Shown one piece after another: positions 19,235-27,324 of a DNA stretch of 64,000 nucleotides (positions are counted from its first letter, which is position 1; the number at the start of each line of letters is the position of its first letter). Source of the stretch: Isoptericola halotolerans (lineage in GTDB: Bacteria; Actinomycetota; Actinomycetes; Actinomycetales; Cellulomonadaceae); the NCBI RefSeq assembly GCF_013149785.1, contig NZ_JABEZU010000003.1, forward strand, positions 434,001 through 498,000, read 5' to 3'. The position numbers and the translations under genes were made by a program. Under the pieces are notes generated by a model. That model was given only the letters and a program-made list of their open reading frames with translations, searched no databases and had not been told where the DNA came from.

Positions 19235-20614
19235 ATGCGAAGACTCGTAGCCCTGGCCGTCGCAGCGCTCGTCGGCGCCGCCGGTCTGGTGGTGGTGACC
19301 GACCCGCCCGAGGCCCAGGCCCACGGCGCGCAGGTGTTCCCCGGCAGCCGGCAGTACTTCTGCTGGCTGGACGGCACCGACCAGACCGGCAACATCGTCC
19401 CGCAGAACCCGGCGTGCGCCGACGCCGTCGCGGCCAGCGGCACCACGCCCTTGTACAACTGGTTCGGCAACCTCGACCCGGCCGGTGCCGGGCGGACCAC
19501 CGGCTACATCCCGGACGGCCAGATCTGCTCCGGCGGGGACAACGGACCCTACGACTTCTCCCCCTACAACGCGATGCGCGACGACTGGCCGCGCACCCAC
19601 CTCACCGCCGGTGACACCTACCAGTTCCAGCACAACAACTGGGCACACCATCCCGGGCACTTCGACGTGTACGTGACCGTCGAAGGATGGGACCCGAGCG
19701 CCCCGCTGTCCTGGGACGACCTGGAGCTGGTCCACACCGAGAACGACCCACCGCAGTCCGGTGGGCCCGGTGGTCTGGAGTACTACTTCTGGGACATCAC
19801 CCTGCCCGCCGACCGCAGCGGCCAGCACCTGATCTTCACCCACTGGGTGCGTTCCGACAGCCCTGAGAACTTCTACAGCTGCTCGGACGTCGTGTTCGAC
19901 GGCGGCAACGGTGAGGTCGTCGGCATCGGTGACGACCCCGGGCCCGTCGACCCGCAGCCCGAGGTCTGCCCTGACACCGCACCGGGTGTGCCCACGCCGC
20001 CCATGGCCTCGTCGATCACCGACACGTCCGCCCACATCATGTGGGGCCTGGCGCCAGGCTGCGTCACCGGCTTCGACGTTCTTGACTCCACCACCGGGGA
20101 CGTCGTGGCCGCCACCGACGGGTCACCGATGATCGACCTGATCGACCTCGAACCGGAAACCTCGTACGAGGTGGCCGTGCGCTCGCGCAACGACCACCTG
20201 GGGACCACCTCGGCACTGACCGACGCGGTCGAGTTCACGACCCTCGCCACGGACTCGGAGCCCGTGGACCCGCCGCCCGCCGGGGACTGCGAGGTGGACT
20301 ACTCCGCGCAGGCATGGGGCGCGGGCCAACGGGGCTACACCGCCTCGGTGACGATCACGAACAGCTCGGACGCTCCCGTCAACGGCTGGGAGGTCACCTT
20401 CGAGTACCCGGGCGGACAGACCGTGGACGTGCCCGGCTGGGGCGCTTCCCTCGCCCAGGACGGCACGGCGGTCACAGCGGTCCACCCCGCGTGGTCCAGC
20501 TCGATCGGCGCCGGGCAGTCGGTGACGTTCGGCTTCAACGGTGCCACGGCCACCGCCGGCGAGCACCCGGCGCCGAGCGACTTCACGCTGAACGGGACGG
20601 CCTGCACGAGCTGA
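19235..20614 (+). CDS. Secreted AA10 lytic polysaccharide monooxygenase with FN3-like domain and CBM2 (CelS2/E8-like, probably cellulose C1-oxidising)
   Basis: Signal peptide AQA|HGAQVFPGSR (His1), LYNWF, DWPRTHLT, NWAHHPG, WVRSDSPENFYSCSD; C-terminal CBM2-like C...W...VTFGFNG...LNGTAC. Confidence 0.94.
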   Translation: MRRLVALAVAALVGAAGLVVVTDPPEAQAHGAQVFPGSRQYFCWLDGTDQTGNIVPQNPACADAVAASGTTPLYNWFGNLDPAGAGRTTGYIPDGQICSGGDNGPYDFSPYNAMRDDWPRTHLTAGDTYQFQHNNWAHHPGHFDVYVTVEGWDPSAPLSWDDLELVHTENDPPQSGGPGGLEYYFWDITLPADRSGQHLIFTHWVRSDSPENFYSCSDVVFDGGNGEVVGIGDDPGPVDPQPEVCPDTAPGVPTPPMASSITDTSAHIMWGLAPGCVTGFDVLDSTTGDVVAATDGSPMIDLIDLEPETSYEVAVRSRNDHLGTTSALTDAVEFTTLATDSEPVDPPPAGDCEVDYSAQAWGAGQRGYTASVTITNSSDAPVNGWEVTFEYPGGQTVDVPGWGASLAQDGTAVTAVHPAWSSSIGAGQSVTFGFNGATATAGEHPAPSDFTLNGTACTS

Positions 20615-20625
20615 ACCGGCTGACC

Positions 20626-20660
20626 ACGCCGGCCCGGTCCACCCACGACCGGGCCGGCGT
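20626..20660. terminator. Hairpin between convergent LPMO and GNAT genes
   Basis: Perfect 14-bp stem acgccggcccggtc/gaccgggccggcgt with a 7-nt loop. Confidence 0.75.
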
Positions 20661-20683
20661 CGTCGTGACCCGGACCGACCGGG

Positions 20684-21286
20684 TCACGGGCGCGGCGCCT
20701 CCGCGGGCCACGGCTCCACCGGTTCCCGCGGGTCCTCGGGCAGCAACGACGCCATCCACGAGTCGCGCAGCACACCGCGCTGGAGGCCGAACTGGCGCAA
20801 CGTCCCCTCGGACCGGAACCCGAGCTTCCACGCCACGCGGCGCGAGGGCCAGTTGCCGACGTACGCCTGCCACTGCAGGCGTACGAGACCCAGGCCCTCC
20901 GGATCGAGCGCCCAGTCGGCGGCCAGGCGCGCGGCTGCCGTGGTCAGTCCACGGCCCCGGGCGTCGGGCGCGGTCCAGTACCCGATCTCGCCCGCCTGGT
21001 CCTCCCCCGGTGCTCCGACGGTCCGGGAGATGCCCATCATGGCCAGGACCGGTCCGTCGACCTCGCCCGGCGGCCGGACCGCCCAGGTGAACATCATGTC
21101 GTTCGCCCAGCCGTCGGCCACCATCTGCGTGACGAACCCCTCGGCATCGGCCCGGGAGTAGGGCGACGGGACGGTGGTCCACGTGGCGATCTCCGGGTCG
21201 GCGCACACCTCGGCGACGCGGTCGACATCAGCAGGGGTCGGGGTGGACAGCGTGGCCTCGGGGCCGCGCAGGACGAAGGGTTCCAT
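20684..21286 (-). CDS. RimJ/RimL-type GNAT acetyltransferase
   Basis: EIGYWTAPDARGRG, GNWPSRRVAWKLGFRSEG. Confidence 0.9.
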   Translation of the reverse strand: MEPFVLRGPEATLSTPTPADVDRVAEVCADPEIATWTTVPSPYSRADAEGFVTQMVADGWANDMMFTWAVRPPGEVDGPVLAMMGISRTVGAPGEDQAGEIGYWTAPDARGRGLTTAAARLAADWALDPEGLGLVRLQWQAYVGNWPSRRVAWKLGFRSEGTLRQFGLQRGVLRDSWMASLLPEDPREPVEPWPAEAPRP

Positions 21287-21329
21287 GCGCGCATCCTGCC
21301 AGGACGCCGTGCGCCGGGACGAGCGGATA

Positions 21330-22508
21330 TCAGGCGCGCGGCGAGGACGGGCGAGGGTCGGTCGACTCCTGCTCCGCGGGGCTCTCTGCCGAGTCGGCCG
21401 TGGTGGGTGGGTCAGGGCTGGTCGCGGCCGCCCCGGTGGGCAGCGGGACCGGGGAGTCCCCGCGCAGCGTGGAGAAGACGGTCCACACCACCGCCACCAG
21501 CGGCACCGCGACGACGGCGCCGAGGATCCCGGCGAGCACCGTGCCCGACAGCACGGCCACCGCCACGACCACGGGGTGCAGCGCGACCTGCTTGCCCATG
21601 ATCAGTGGCTGCAGCACGTGCCCCTCGAGCTGCCCGATGGCCGCGATGCCGAGCGTCACGATCAGAGCCGTGACGAAGCCCTGGGCTGCGAGGGCCACCA
21701 CGGCGGCGATGATCATCGCCAGCGGCGCACCGATGATCGGGATGAACGCCCCGATCAGCACGAGGACGGCCAGCGGAGCAGCGAGCGGCACGCCCAGGAT
21801 CTGCAGCAGGACGAAGGCGAGGACGCCGTCGATGAACGCGATGATGACGGTGCCACGGGCGAACCCGGAGAACGTGTACCACCCGGCACCCGCGGCGTCC
21901 CGCCACCGGCGACGCTGCCGTTCAGGCACCTGTCCGACGAACCATCTCCACATGCGGTCGCCCGAGTGCACGAAGAACACGGTGCAGAAGATCGCCAGGG
22001 CGATCACCATGAAGCCCTCGACGACCGACCCGGCGCGCTCCGCGGCCTGTCCGGCGATGTTCTGGGCGTTGTCGGCGAGCCACTGCTGCCCTGCGTCGAC
22101 CCACTCGTTGAGCTGCGCGCCCGTGATCGACAGGCCGAAGGGCAGGTTCTGCAGGGAGTCGAGGATCTGGTCCACCCCGGTGTCGAACTCACCGGCCAAA
22201 CGGGTCCACTGCCCCGCCACGGACGCGACGACATAGGTCAGCAGACCGCCGAAGACGATGACGCCGCTGAGCAGCGCCAGCAGGGTCGCCAGGGCCCGGG
22301 GCATGACCCGGGCGTACAGGTCGGCCAACGGCCGGAAGACTGACGTCAGCACCAGGGCAAGGAAGATCGCGACGAAGATGACCTGAACCTGAGCGGTCGC
22401 GTACACGACCAGCGCGACGGCCACGACCACGGCGACGAGCCGCCACGACCAGCCACCCGTCGTGCGCAACCACTGCGGGACGTCCTCCGTGGACTCGCTC
22501 ACGACCAC
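21330..22508 (-). CDS. AI-2E family transporter
   Basis: Multi-TM; GAFIPIIGA, QLEGHVLQPLIMG...LHPVVV. Confidence 0.92.
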   Translation of the reverse strand: MVVSESTEDVPQWLRTTGGWSWRLVAVVVAVALVVYATAQVQVIFVAIFLALVLTSVFRPLADLYARVMPRALATLLALLSGVIVFGGLLTYVVASVAGQWTRLAGEFDTGVDQILDSLQNLPFGLSITGAQLNEWVDAGQQWLADNAQNIAGQAAERAGSVVEGFMVIALAIFCTVFFVHSGDRMWRWFVGQVPERQRRRWRDAAGAGWYTFSGFARGTVIIAFIDGVLAFVLLQILGVPLAAPLAVLVLIGAFIPIIGAPLAMIIAAVVALAAQGFVTALIVTLGIAAIGQLEGHVLQPLIMGKQVALHPVVVAVAVLSGTVLAGILGAVVAVPLVAVVWTVFSTLRGDSPVPLPTGAAATSPDPPTTADSAESPAEQESTDPRPSSPRA

Positions 22509-22550
22509 TCCCTCTGCCTCGGGTGCTGCCAGTGTGCTGCCCCGGAGGTC

Positions 22551-23330
22551 TCAGTGCACGGAGAACCCGCCGTCGACGTGGATCGACTGGCCCGTCACGT
22601 ACGACGACGCCGCGCTCGCCAGGAAGACGGCGGGGCCTGCGAAGTCTGCGGGCAGCCCGTTGCGGCCCACGAGCGTCCGGTCCGCGAGCGCGGCGACCCG
22701 AGCAGGGTCGTCCTGCAGCCGCCGGTTGAGCGGCGTGAGGACGAACCCGGGCACGAGCGTGTTCGCGGTGACGCCGTGCGGCGACCAGGCCTCGGCCTGG
22801 GAGCGGGCCAGCGACTCGAGCCCGCCCTTGGACACGCCGTAGGCGCCGCTGGTGACGAAGGCGCGGTGTGCCTGCTGGGAGCTGACGTGGATCAGACGGC
22901 CGTAGCCTCGCTCCGCCATGCCGGGTCCGAACCGTTGTCCCAGCCAGAAGGGCGCCTCGAGGTTGACGGTCATCGTGGCGTCCCAGACGGCCTCGTCGAT
23001 CTCGGCCATCGGCGGACGCAGGTTGATCCCGGCGCTGGAGACCACGACGTCCGGCTCACCGAAGGGCTCGACCACGTCGTCGCAGGCGGAGCGGATCCCG
23101 GCTCTCGTCGACAGGTCCCCGACCACCGCGGCGGCGCGGCACCCGGCGTCGGTGAGGTCGGTGACGGTGGCGTCCAGCGCCTGGCGGCCGCGAGCGAGAA
23201 CGACGACGGCGGCACCCGCGTTGGCCAGCGCTGTGGCGATCGCGCGGCCGATCCCGGAGCTGCCGCCGGTCACCACGGCGGTGCGACCCTCCAACGAGAA
23301 CAGGTCACCGAGAGAGCTCTGGCCGGTCAC
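22551..23330 (-). CDS. SDR oxidoreductase (gluconate 5-dehydrogenase-like)
   Basis: LFSLEGRTAVVTGGSSGIG, YGVSK, YVTGQSIHVDGG. Confidence 0.88.
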   Translation of the reverse strand: MTGQSSLGDLFSLEGRTAVVTGGSSGIGRAIATALANAGAAVVVLARGRQALDATVTDLTDAGCRAAAVVGDLSTRAGIRSACDDVVEPFGEPDVVVSSAGINLRPPMAEIDEAVWDATMTVNLEAPFWLGQRFGPGMAERGYGRLIHVSSQQAHRAFVTSGAYGVSKGGLESLARSQAEAWSPHGVTANTLVPGFVLTPLNRRLQDDPARVAALADRTLVGRNGLPADFAGPAVFLASAASSYVTGQSIHVDGGFSVH

Positions 23331-23459
23331 GCGCGTACCGCCCTGGTCCAGGGAGGAGGTGATGTCTGCGATCTCACACCACGATCCTTCCACGGCCGGC
23401 GGGCCGCAGCGCCCAGGTGAAGTCGTCAGCCCGGAACACGCGTTGCCGACACAGCCTCG

Positions 23460-24161
23460 TCAGCGCTGCAGGGCGGTCATCAGATCGGCCGCGCGGTGCG
23501 GCGCCGTGCTGAAGACGACGAGATGGGTCGCGGTACCGGTGGCGAGCACGGGGTGGAGCTGTGTGAGATCGGCGTCGGCTGCCGACACCGACATGCCGTC
23601 CGCGGCAGGAAGCGCGCTCGTATCGATCAGCTCGGCGGCGCCCAGGCCGCGCCAGATCGAACCCAGTCCCACCCGCGGGGACAGCGCGTCGGTGACCGTG
23701 ATGTCCTCCGGCTCGGAGCCAGGCTCCAGGCGACGCAGAACCCCGGGAAGCCCGGACTCCAGCCCCCAGGTGACGTACTCGGTGAGAAACTCCACGGCCT
23801 CTGCACCAGCCTGCCGCACCGCTGACGTCGCCAGCAGCCGGCGCGCGCCGGACACCGCCTCCGCCTCGGCCAGCGCTTCGGGCACCTCGTCGGCGAGCTG
23901 CCGCACTGCCTCGTGGTCTTCTGCCTCGATCGGCGCGAGCGTCACCGCACGGGACACGGCGCGCAGCGCCGAGGCGTCGTCCGCACCGAGGGGGAGCACG
24001 CGCCACCCGATCTCACCCCCGAGGTTCACGGCAACGAGTTTCCCCTTCAGCGCGTCGAGGGCGTGCTCGGCGTCGAGACGCACCACGGTGCGGCGCGCGT
24101 CGACCTGCGAATAGCTGATGGCCCAGTGCCGAGCGGTCGCGATGACCTTCCGAGTATCCAC
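23460..24161 (-). CDS. Hypothetical protein next to tRNA-Leu
   Basis: 233-aa ORF from GTG 24161 (MDTRKVIATARHWAISY...) with protein-like composition; no motif recognised with confidence. Confidence 0.6.
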   Translation of the reverse strand: MDTRKVIATARHWAISYSQVDARRTVVRLDAEHALDALKGKLVAVNLGGEIGWRVLPLGADDASALRAVSRAVTLAPIEAEDHEAVRQLADEVPEALAEAEAVSGARRLLATSAVRQAGAEAVEFLTEYVTWGLESGLPGVLRRLEPGSEPEDITVTDALSPRVGLGSIWRGLGAAELIDTSALPAADGMSVSAADADLTQLHPVLATGTATHLVVFSTAPHRAADLMTALQR

Positions 24162-24188
24162 GGGGAAACTCTCCCACCTTGTCCAGCG

Positions 24189-24510
24189 GCAGCGAAAACG
24201 CCTCGGTGGGTGTAGACCCTGGGGGGTCTTCGTCGCTGTCGTCGGGCGGTCCTCAGCGGCACGGCCGGTCCAGCGCACACGCACCGCGACGTGTCCCCCG
24301 TGTGCACTCCCCCGGTTCGCCAACGTCGAAGACCCACGGCGGTGGACCCGGGAGACACGACGCCGCTGCCTCGACGAGTGTCCGGAGGGGGACGTGAAAC
24401 CCGCACGCACCGACTCGCGACACGACAGAAGGCCCCCCGGTTGTGGACCCGGGAGGCCTTCGTCGTCGCTGTCTCAACGAGTGTCCGGAGGGGGACTTGA
24501 ACCCCCACGC
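24189..24510. repeat. Degenerate tandem copies of the tRNA-Leu 3' end plus downstream hairpin (att-like scars)
   Basis: ctcaacgagtgtccggagggggacttgaacccccacgc (24473-24510) vs ctcgacgagtgtccggagggggacgtgaaacccgcacgc (24370-24408); similarity extends through gtggacccggga. A weaker hairpin-only copy lies at about 24189-24240. Confidence 0.85.
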
Positions 24511-24566
24511 CCGATAAAGGGCACTAGCACCTCAAGCTAGCGCGTCTGCCATTCCGCCACCCGGAC
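24482..24566 (-). tRNA. tRNA-Leu(GAG), CCA not encoded
   Basis: GTCCGGGTGGCGGAATGGCAGACGCGCTAGCTTGAGGTGCTAGTGCCCTTTATCGGGCGTGGGGGTTCAAGTCCCCCTCCGGACA; long variable arm. Confidence 0.97.
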
Positions 24567-24715
24567 AGGTGGACCGCCCCGAGCCCGTCGGCTCGTTTCG
24601 GTGCGGTGAAAAACATAGCACGGCAGGCGGCCCCACCTGCAAACGGGTCACGGTGGCACGGGTCACGTCCGGCCGACGACGACGGACCGGCCGGTGGATC
24701 GGCTAGCGTCCTGGC

Positions 24716-25192
24716 ATGGTCGACGAACGAGAGATGGTCCGCGCCTTTCACCAGGCCTTCGACATCCCGGTCAACGACGGCCGACCCGAACTGGCGCTGC
24801 CCGACGACCGCCTCCGGCTGCGCTACCGCCTGGTGGCCGAGGAGTTCGCCGAGCTCACCGGGGCCGTCCTGGGCCCGGACGCCCGCGCCGTCGTCGAACG
24901 GGCCGTCGAGGCGGTGGTCGACGGGCCGACCGACGACGCCGATCTGGTCGCGACCGCCGACGCCACCGGCGACCTGCGGTACGTGCTGCACGGTCTCGAG
25001 CTGGAGTGCGGGATCCCCGGCGAGGAGGTCTTCGCCGCGATCCACGCCTCCAACATGGCCAAGCTCGGCCCGGACGGCGTGCCGGAGCGACGGGGCGACG
25101 GCAAGATCCTCAAGCCGACCGGGTGGCGGCCACCCGACGTCGCCGGCGTCCTCGCGGCCCACCAGCCGGACGACGTCGGCGGCCCCGTGTAG
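24716..25192 (+). CDS. All-alpha NTP pyrophosphohydrolase (MazG-like, DR2231/PRA-PH type)
   Basis: VRAFHQAF, LVAEEFAEL, DATGDLRYV, IHASNMAK, DGKILKP. Confidence 0.85.
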   Translation: MVDEREMVRAFHQAFDIPVNDGRPELALPDDRLRLRYRLVAEEFAELTGAVLGPDARAVVERAVEAVVDGPTDDADLVATADATGDLRYVLHGLELECGIPGEEVFAAIHASNMAKLGPDGVPERRGDGKILKPTGWRPPDVAGVLAAHQPDDVGGPV

Positions 25193-25254
25193 CGTTCCTC
25201 CGGCCCGGACCAAACGGTCATCGGGTGCAGACCGGACGAAGGAGCACGCGCACC

Positions 25255-26094
25255 ATGATGGGTGGGCACCACGCCGCCTCGGGAGCAGCCGCCTGGGTGG
25301 CCGTCACCGCCACCACACCGATCGCGTTCGGCTGGTACCCGGTCTCGGACGTCGGCGTCATGACCGGCGCCCTGGTGTGCGCCGGCGCCGCGCTGCTGCC
25401 GGACGCCGACCACCACAACGGGACCATCTCGCACTCGTTGCCACCGGTGTCCGAAGGCGTGACGAAGTTCGTCTCGACGGTCGCCGGCGGCCACCGCAAC
25501 GCGACGCACTCGATCGTCGGCATCGCGGTGTTCACCGCGGTCGCCTGGCTGGTGAGCTTCGTCACCGTGGAGACCGAACGGTTCGGGGAGGTGCTGATCG
25601 GCCCCGGGATCATGGCCGTGCTCCTCATCGCGTTCGCGGTCCGGGCGCTGAAGCTGACCGGCCAGCGCCGGTGGTGGACCTGGAGCCTGTCGGTCTCCCT
25701 GGCGGCGTTCGTCGCCGTCTTCGCGCCCGAGGAGTGGTACTGGATGCCGTTCTGCGTCGGGCTCGGCTGCGCCGTGCACGTCCTCGGCGACCTCGTCACC
25801 ACCCGGGGCGTGCCGCTCCTGTGGCCGCTGAGGATCAGGTCCCCCCGCTGGGTGCGGCGGCACCGGTGGTTGCCGTTCGACGACATGTGGAGTCCGCGCG
25901 GGAACTTCTCGATGCCGCTGCTGGGCAACGCCGGGTCGTGGCGCGAGTGGGCGATCATGACGCCGGTGAGCGCGTACGCCGTGCTCGGCGTCGCCTGGGC
26001 GATGCTGAACCAGATGGGTTTCGACACGGCCGGCGCCTGGGACTCCGCCACCGAGATCGTCCTGTCGACCGGCGAGTCGCTGCTCGCCTCCTGA
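25255..26094 (+). CDS. Membrane metal-dependent hydrolase (YdjM/YbcI-like)
   Basis: MMGGHHAASG, LLPDADH, GGHRNATHS, HVLGDLVTTRGVPLLWP; SD AAGGAG. Confidence 0.88.
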   Translation: MMGGHHAASGAAAWVAVTATTPIAFGWYPVSDVGVMTGALVCAGAALLPDADHHNGTISHSLPPVSEGVTKFVSTVAGGHRNATHSIVGIAVFTAVAWLVSFVTVETERFGEVLIGPGIMAVLLIAFAVRALKLTGQRRWWTWSLSVSLAAFVAVFAPEEWYWMPFCVGLGCAVHVLGDLVTTRGVPLLWPLRIRSPRWVRRHRWLPFDDMWSPRGNFSMPLLGNAGSWREWAIMTPVSAYAVLGVAWAMLNQMGFDTAGAWDSATEIVLSTGESLLAS

Positions 26095-26230
26095 GCCGCG
26101 ACCGGACACGGCGCCGGGCACAGAACCCCGGACACGGCGGAGGGAAAAACCCTGGACCGGCACCCGAGGCCGTGGAACCCTCGTCGTGAACGGCGCAGCA
26201 GGTGCGCCCGCAGGAAGGGAGGGCCGAAGC

Positions 26231-26296
26231 ATGGACGACGTCGTCATGCACGCCCTGCCGCACACCTCGGCACGGGCCGCCACCACCGCCTGTTGA
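26231..26296 (+). CDS. Putative 21-aa leader peptide (MDDVVMHALPHTSARAATTAC)
   Basis: Strong SD GAAGGGAGG 8 nt before the ATG; stop overlaps the first arm of alternative hairpins ahead of the RIO gene. Confidence 0.6.
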   Translation: MDDVVMHALPHTSARAATTAC

Positions 26297-26334
26297 GGAG
26301 CCGCCGACGGCCGCTCCTCCCCTCTGCGAGGAGC
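26295..26334 (+). promoter_or_regulatory. Putative translational attenuator (anti-anti-SD / anti-SD / SD)
   Basis: GAGGAGC 26295-26301, GCTCCTC 26313-26319, GAGGAGC 26328-26334 (the SD of GTG 26341). Confidence 0.6.
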
Positions 26335-26340
26335 CCACCC

Positions 26341-27213
26341 GTGCACCAGCACCTCCCTGATACACCCCTGACCTCCACCCCCGTGGTCGGTCCGGGTCCC
26401 GACCAACGCTGGTCCACCTGGACCTCCGTCACCAAGGGCCAGCGTGGCCCTGAGCCCCGACCCGGCTGGGTCGTCACGGCCGACGCCGCGCTCGACACCG
26501 AGCTCGGCGTCCTGAAGACGGGCAAGGAGGCCGACGTCTTTCTCGTCGAACGAGCCGTGCCCGACGACGCCCGTCAGCACAGCGTCCTGGCCGCCAAGCG
26601 GTACCGCGGGCGCGAGAACCGGCAGTTCCACCGGGACTCCACCTACACCGAGGGACGCCGTGCGCGACGCACCCGCGACCAGCGAGCCGTCGAGGACCGT
26701 CGATCGGCGTGGGGACGCACCGTCGCGGCCACCCAGTGGGCGGACGCCGAGTTCTCGGCGCTGTGCCGGCTGTGGGACGCGAGAGCCCCGGTCCCCTACC
26801 CCGTGCAGGTCGACGGCACCGAGCTGTTGCTGGAGTTCGTCGGCCACCGAGCGTCCGACGGCGCGTACGAGGCCGCCCCACGGCTGGCCCGGCTGCGGCC
26901 GGGCCGCGATGTCCTGGCCGACTGGTTCGACCAGCTGCGCCGGGCGATGAGCGTGCTCGCTCGGCTCGGTTGGGCGCACGGCGACCTGTCGCCGTACAAC
27001 ATCCTCGTCGACACGGCGGGCACGTCCGGCGCCCTCGACGGCGGACGGCTGGTCGTCATCGACCTGCCCCAGGTCGTGGACCTGGTGGCGAACCCGTTCG
27101 GGGCCGAGCTGCTGCACCGCGACTGCCGCAACGTCTGCGCATGGTTCGCCGCGCGCGGGCTGGAGGTCGACGCGGACGAGCTGTTCGCCGACGTCTTCTC
27201 CCAGGCGTGGTGA
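26341..27213 (+). CDS. RIO1-family atypical kinase/ATPase
   Basis: LKTGKEADV, AAKRYR, EFSALCRL, VPYP, HGDLSPYNIL, IDLPQ, LHRDCRNV. Confidence 0.92.
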   Translation: MHQHLPDTPLTSTPVVGPGPDQRWSTWTSVTKGQRGPEPRPGWVVTADAALDTELGVLKTGKEADVFLVERAVPDDARQHSVLAAKRYRGRENRQFHRDSTYTEGRRARRTRDQRAVEDRRSAWGRTVAATQWADAEFSALCRLWDARAPVPYPVQVDGTELLLEFVGHRASDGAYEAAPRLARLRPGRDVLADWFDQLRRAMSVLARLGWAHGDLSPYNILVDTAGTSGALDGGRLVVIDLPQVVDLVANPFGAELLHRDCRNVCAWFAARGLEVDADELFADVFSQAW

Positions 27214-27324
27214 GGCCCCGACGCCGGCGCGACCGGGGCGGTCGTGCCGGCGTCGGGCACCGGTGAGGGGCCGGCGGCGGACCTGGTCAGGGCAGCGCGT
27301 GCCCGGACCAGCCCCGCTCCCGGG

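Noticed and set aside
24189..24510. Repeats near the tRNA as a CRISPR array
   Set aside because: Only 2-3 degenerate units derived from the tRNA end, irregular spacing, and no cas genes.
26102..26139. Direct repeat ccggacacggcg x2 upstream of the RIO leader
   Set aside because: Short and GC-rich; could be an operator but cannot be told from chance.
24716..27213. MazG-like, YdjM-like and RIO genes as one defence or toxin operon
   Set aside because: RIO has its own ~250-bp leader, and nothing in the sequence supports functional linkage beyond co-orientation.
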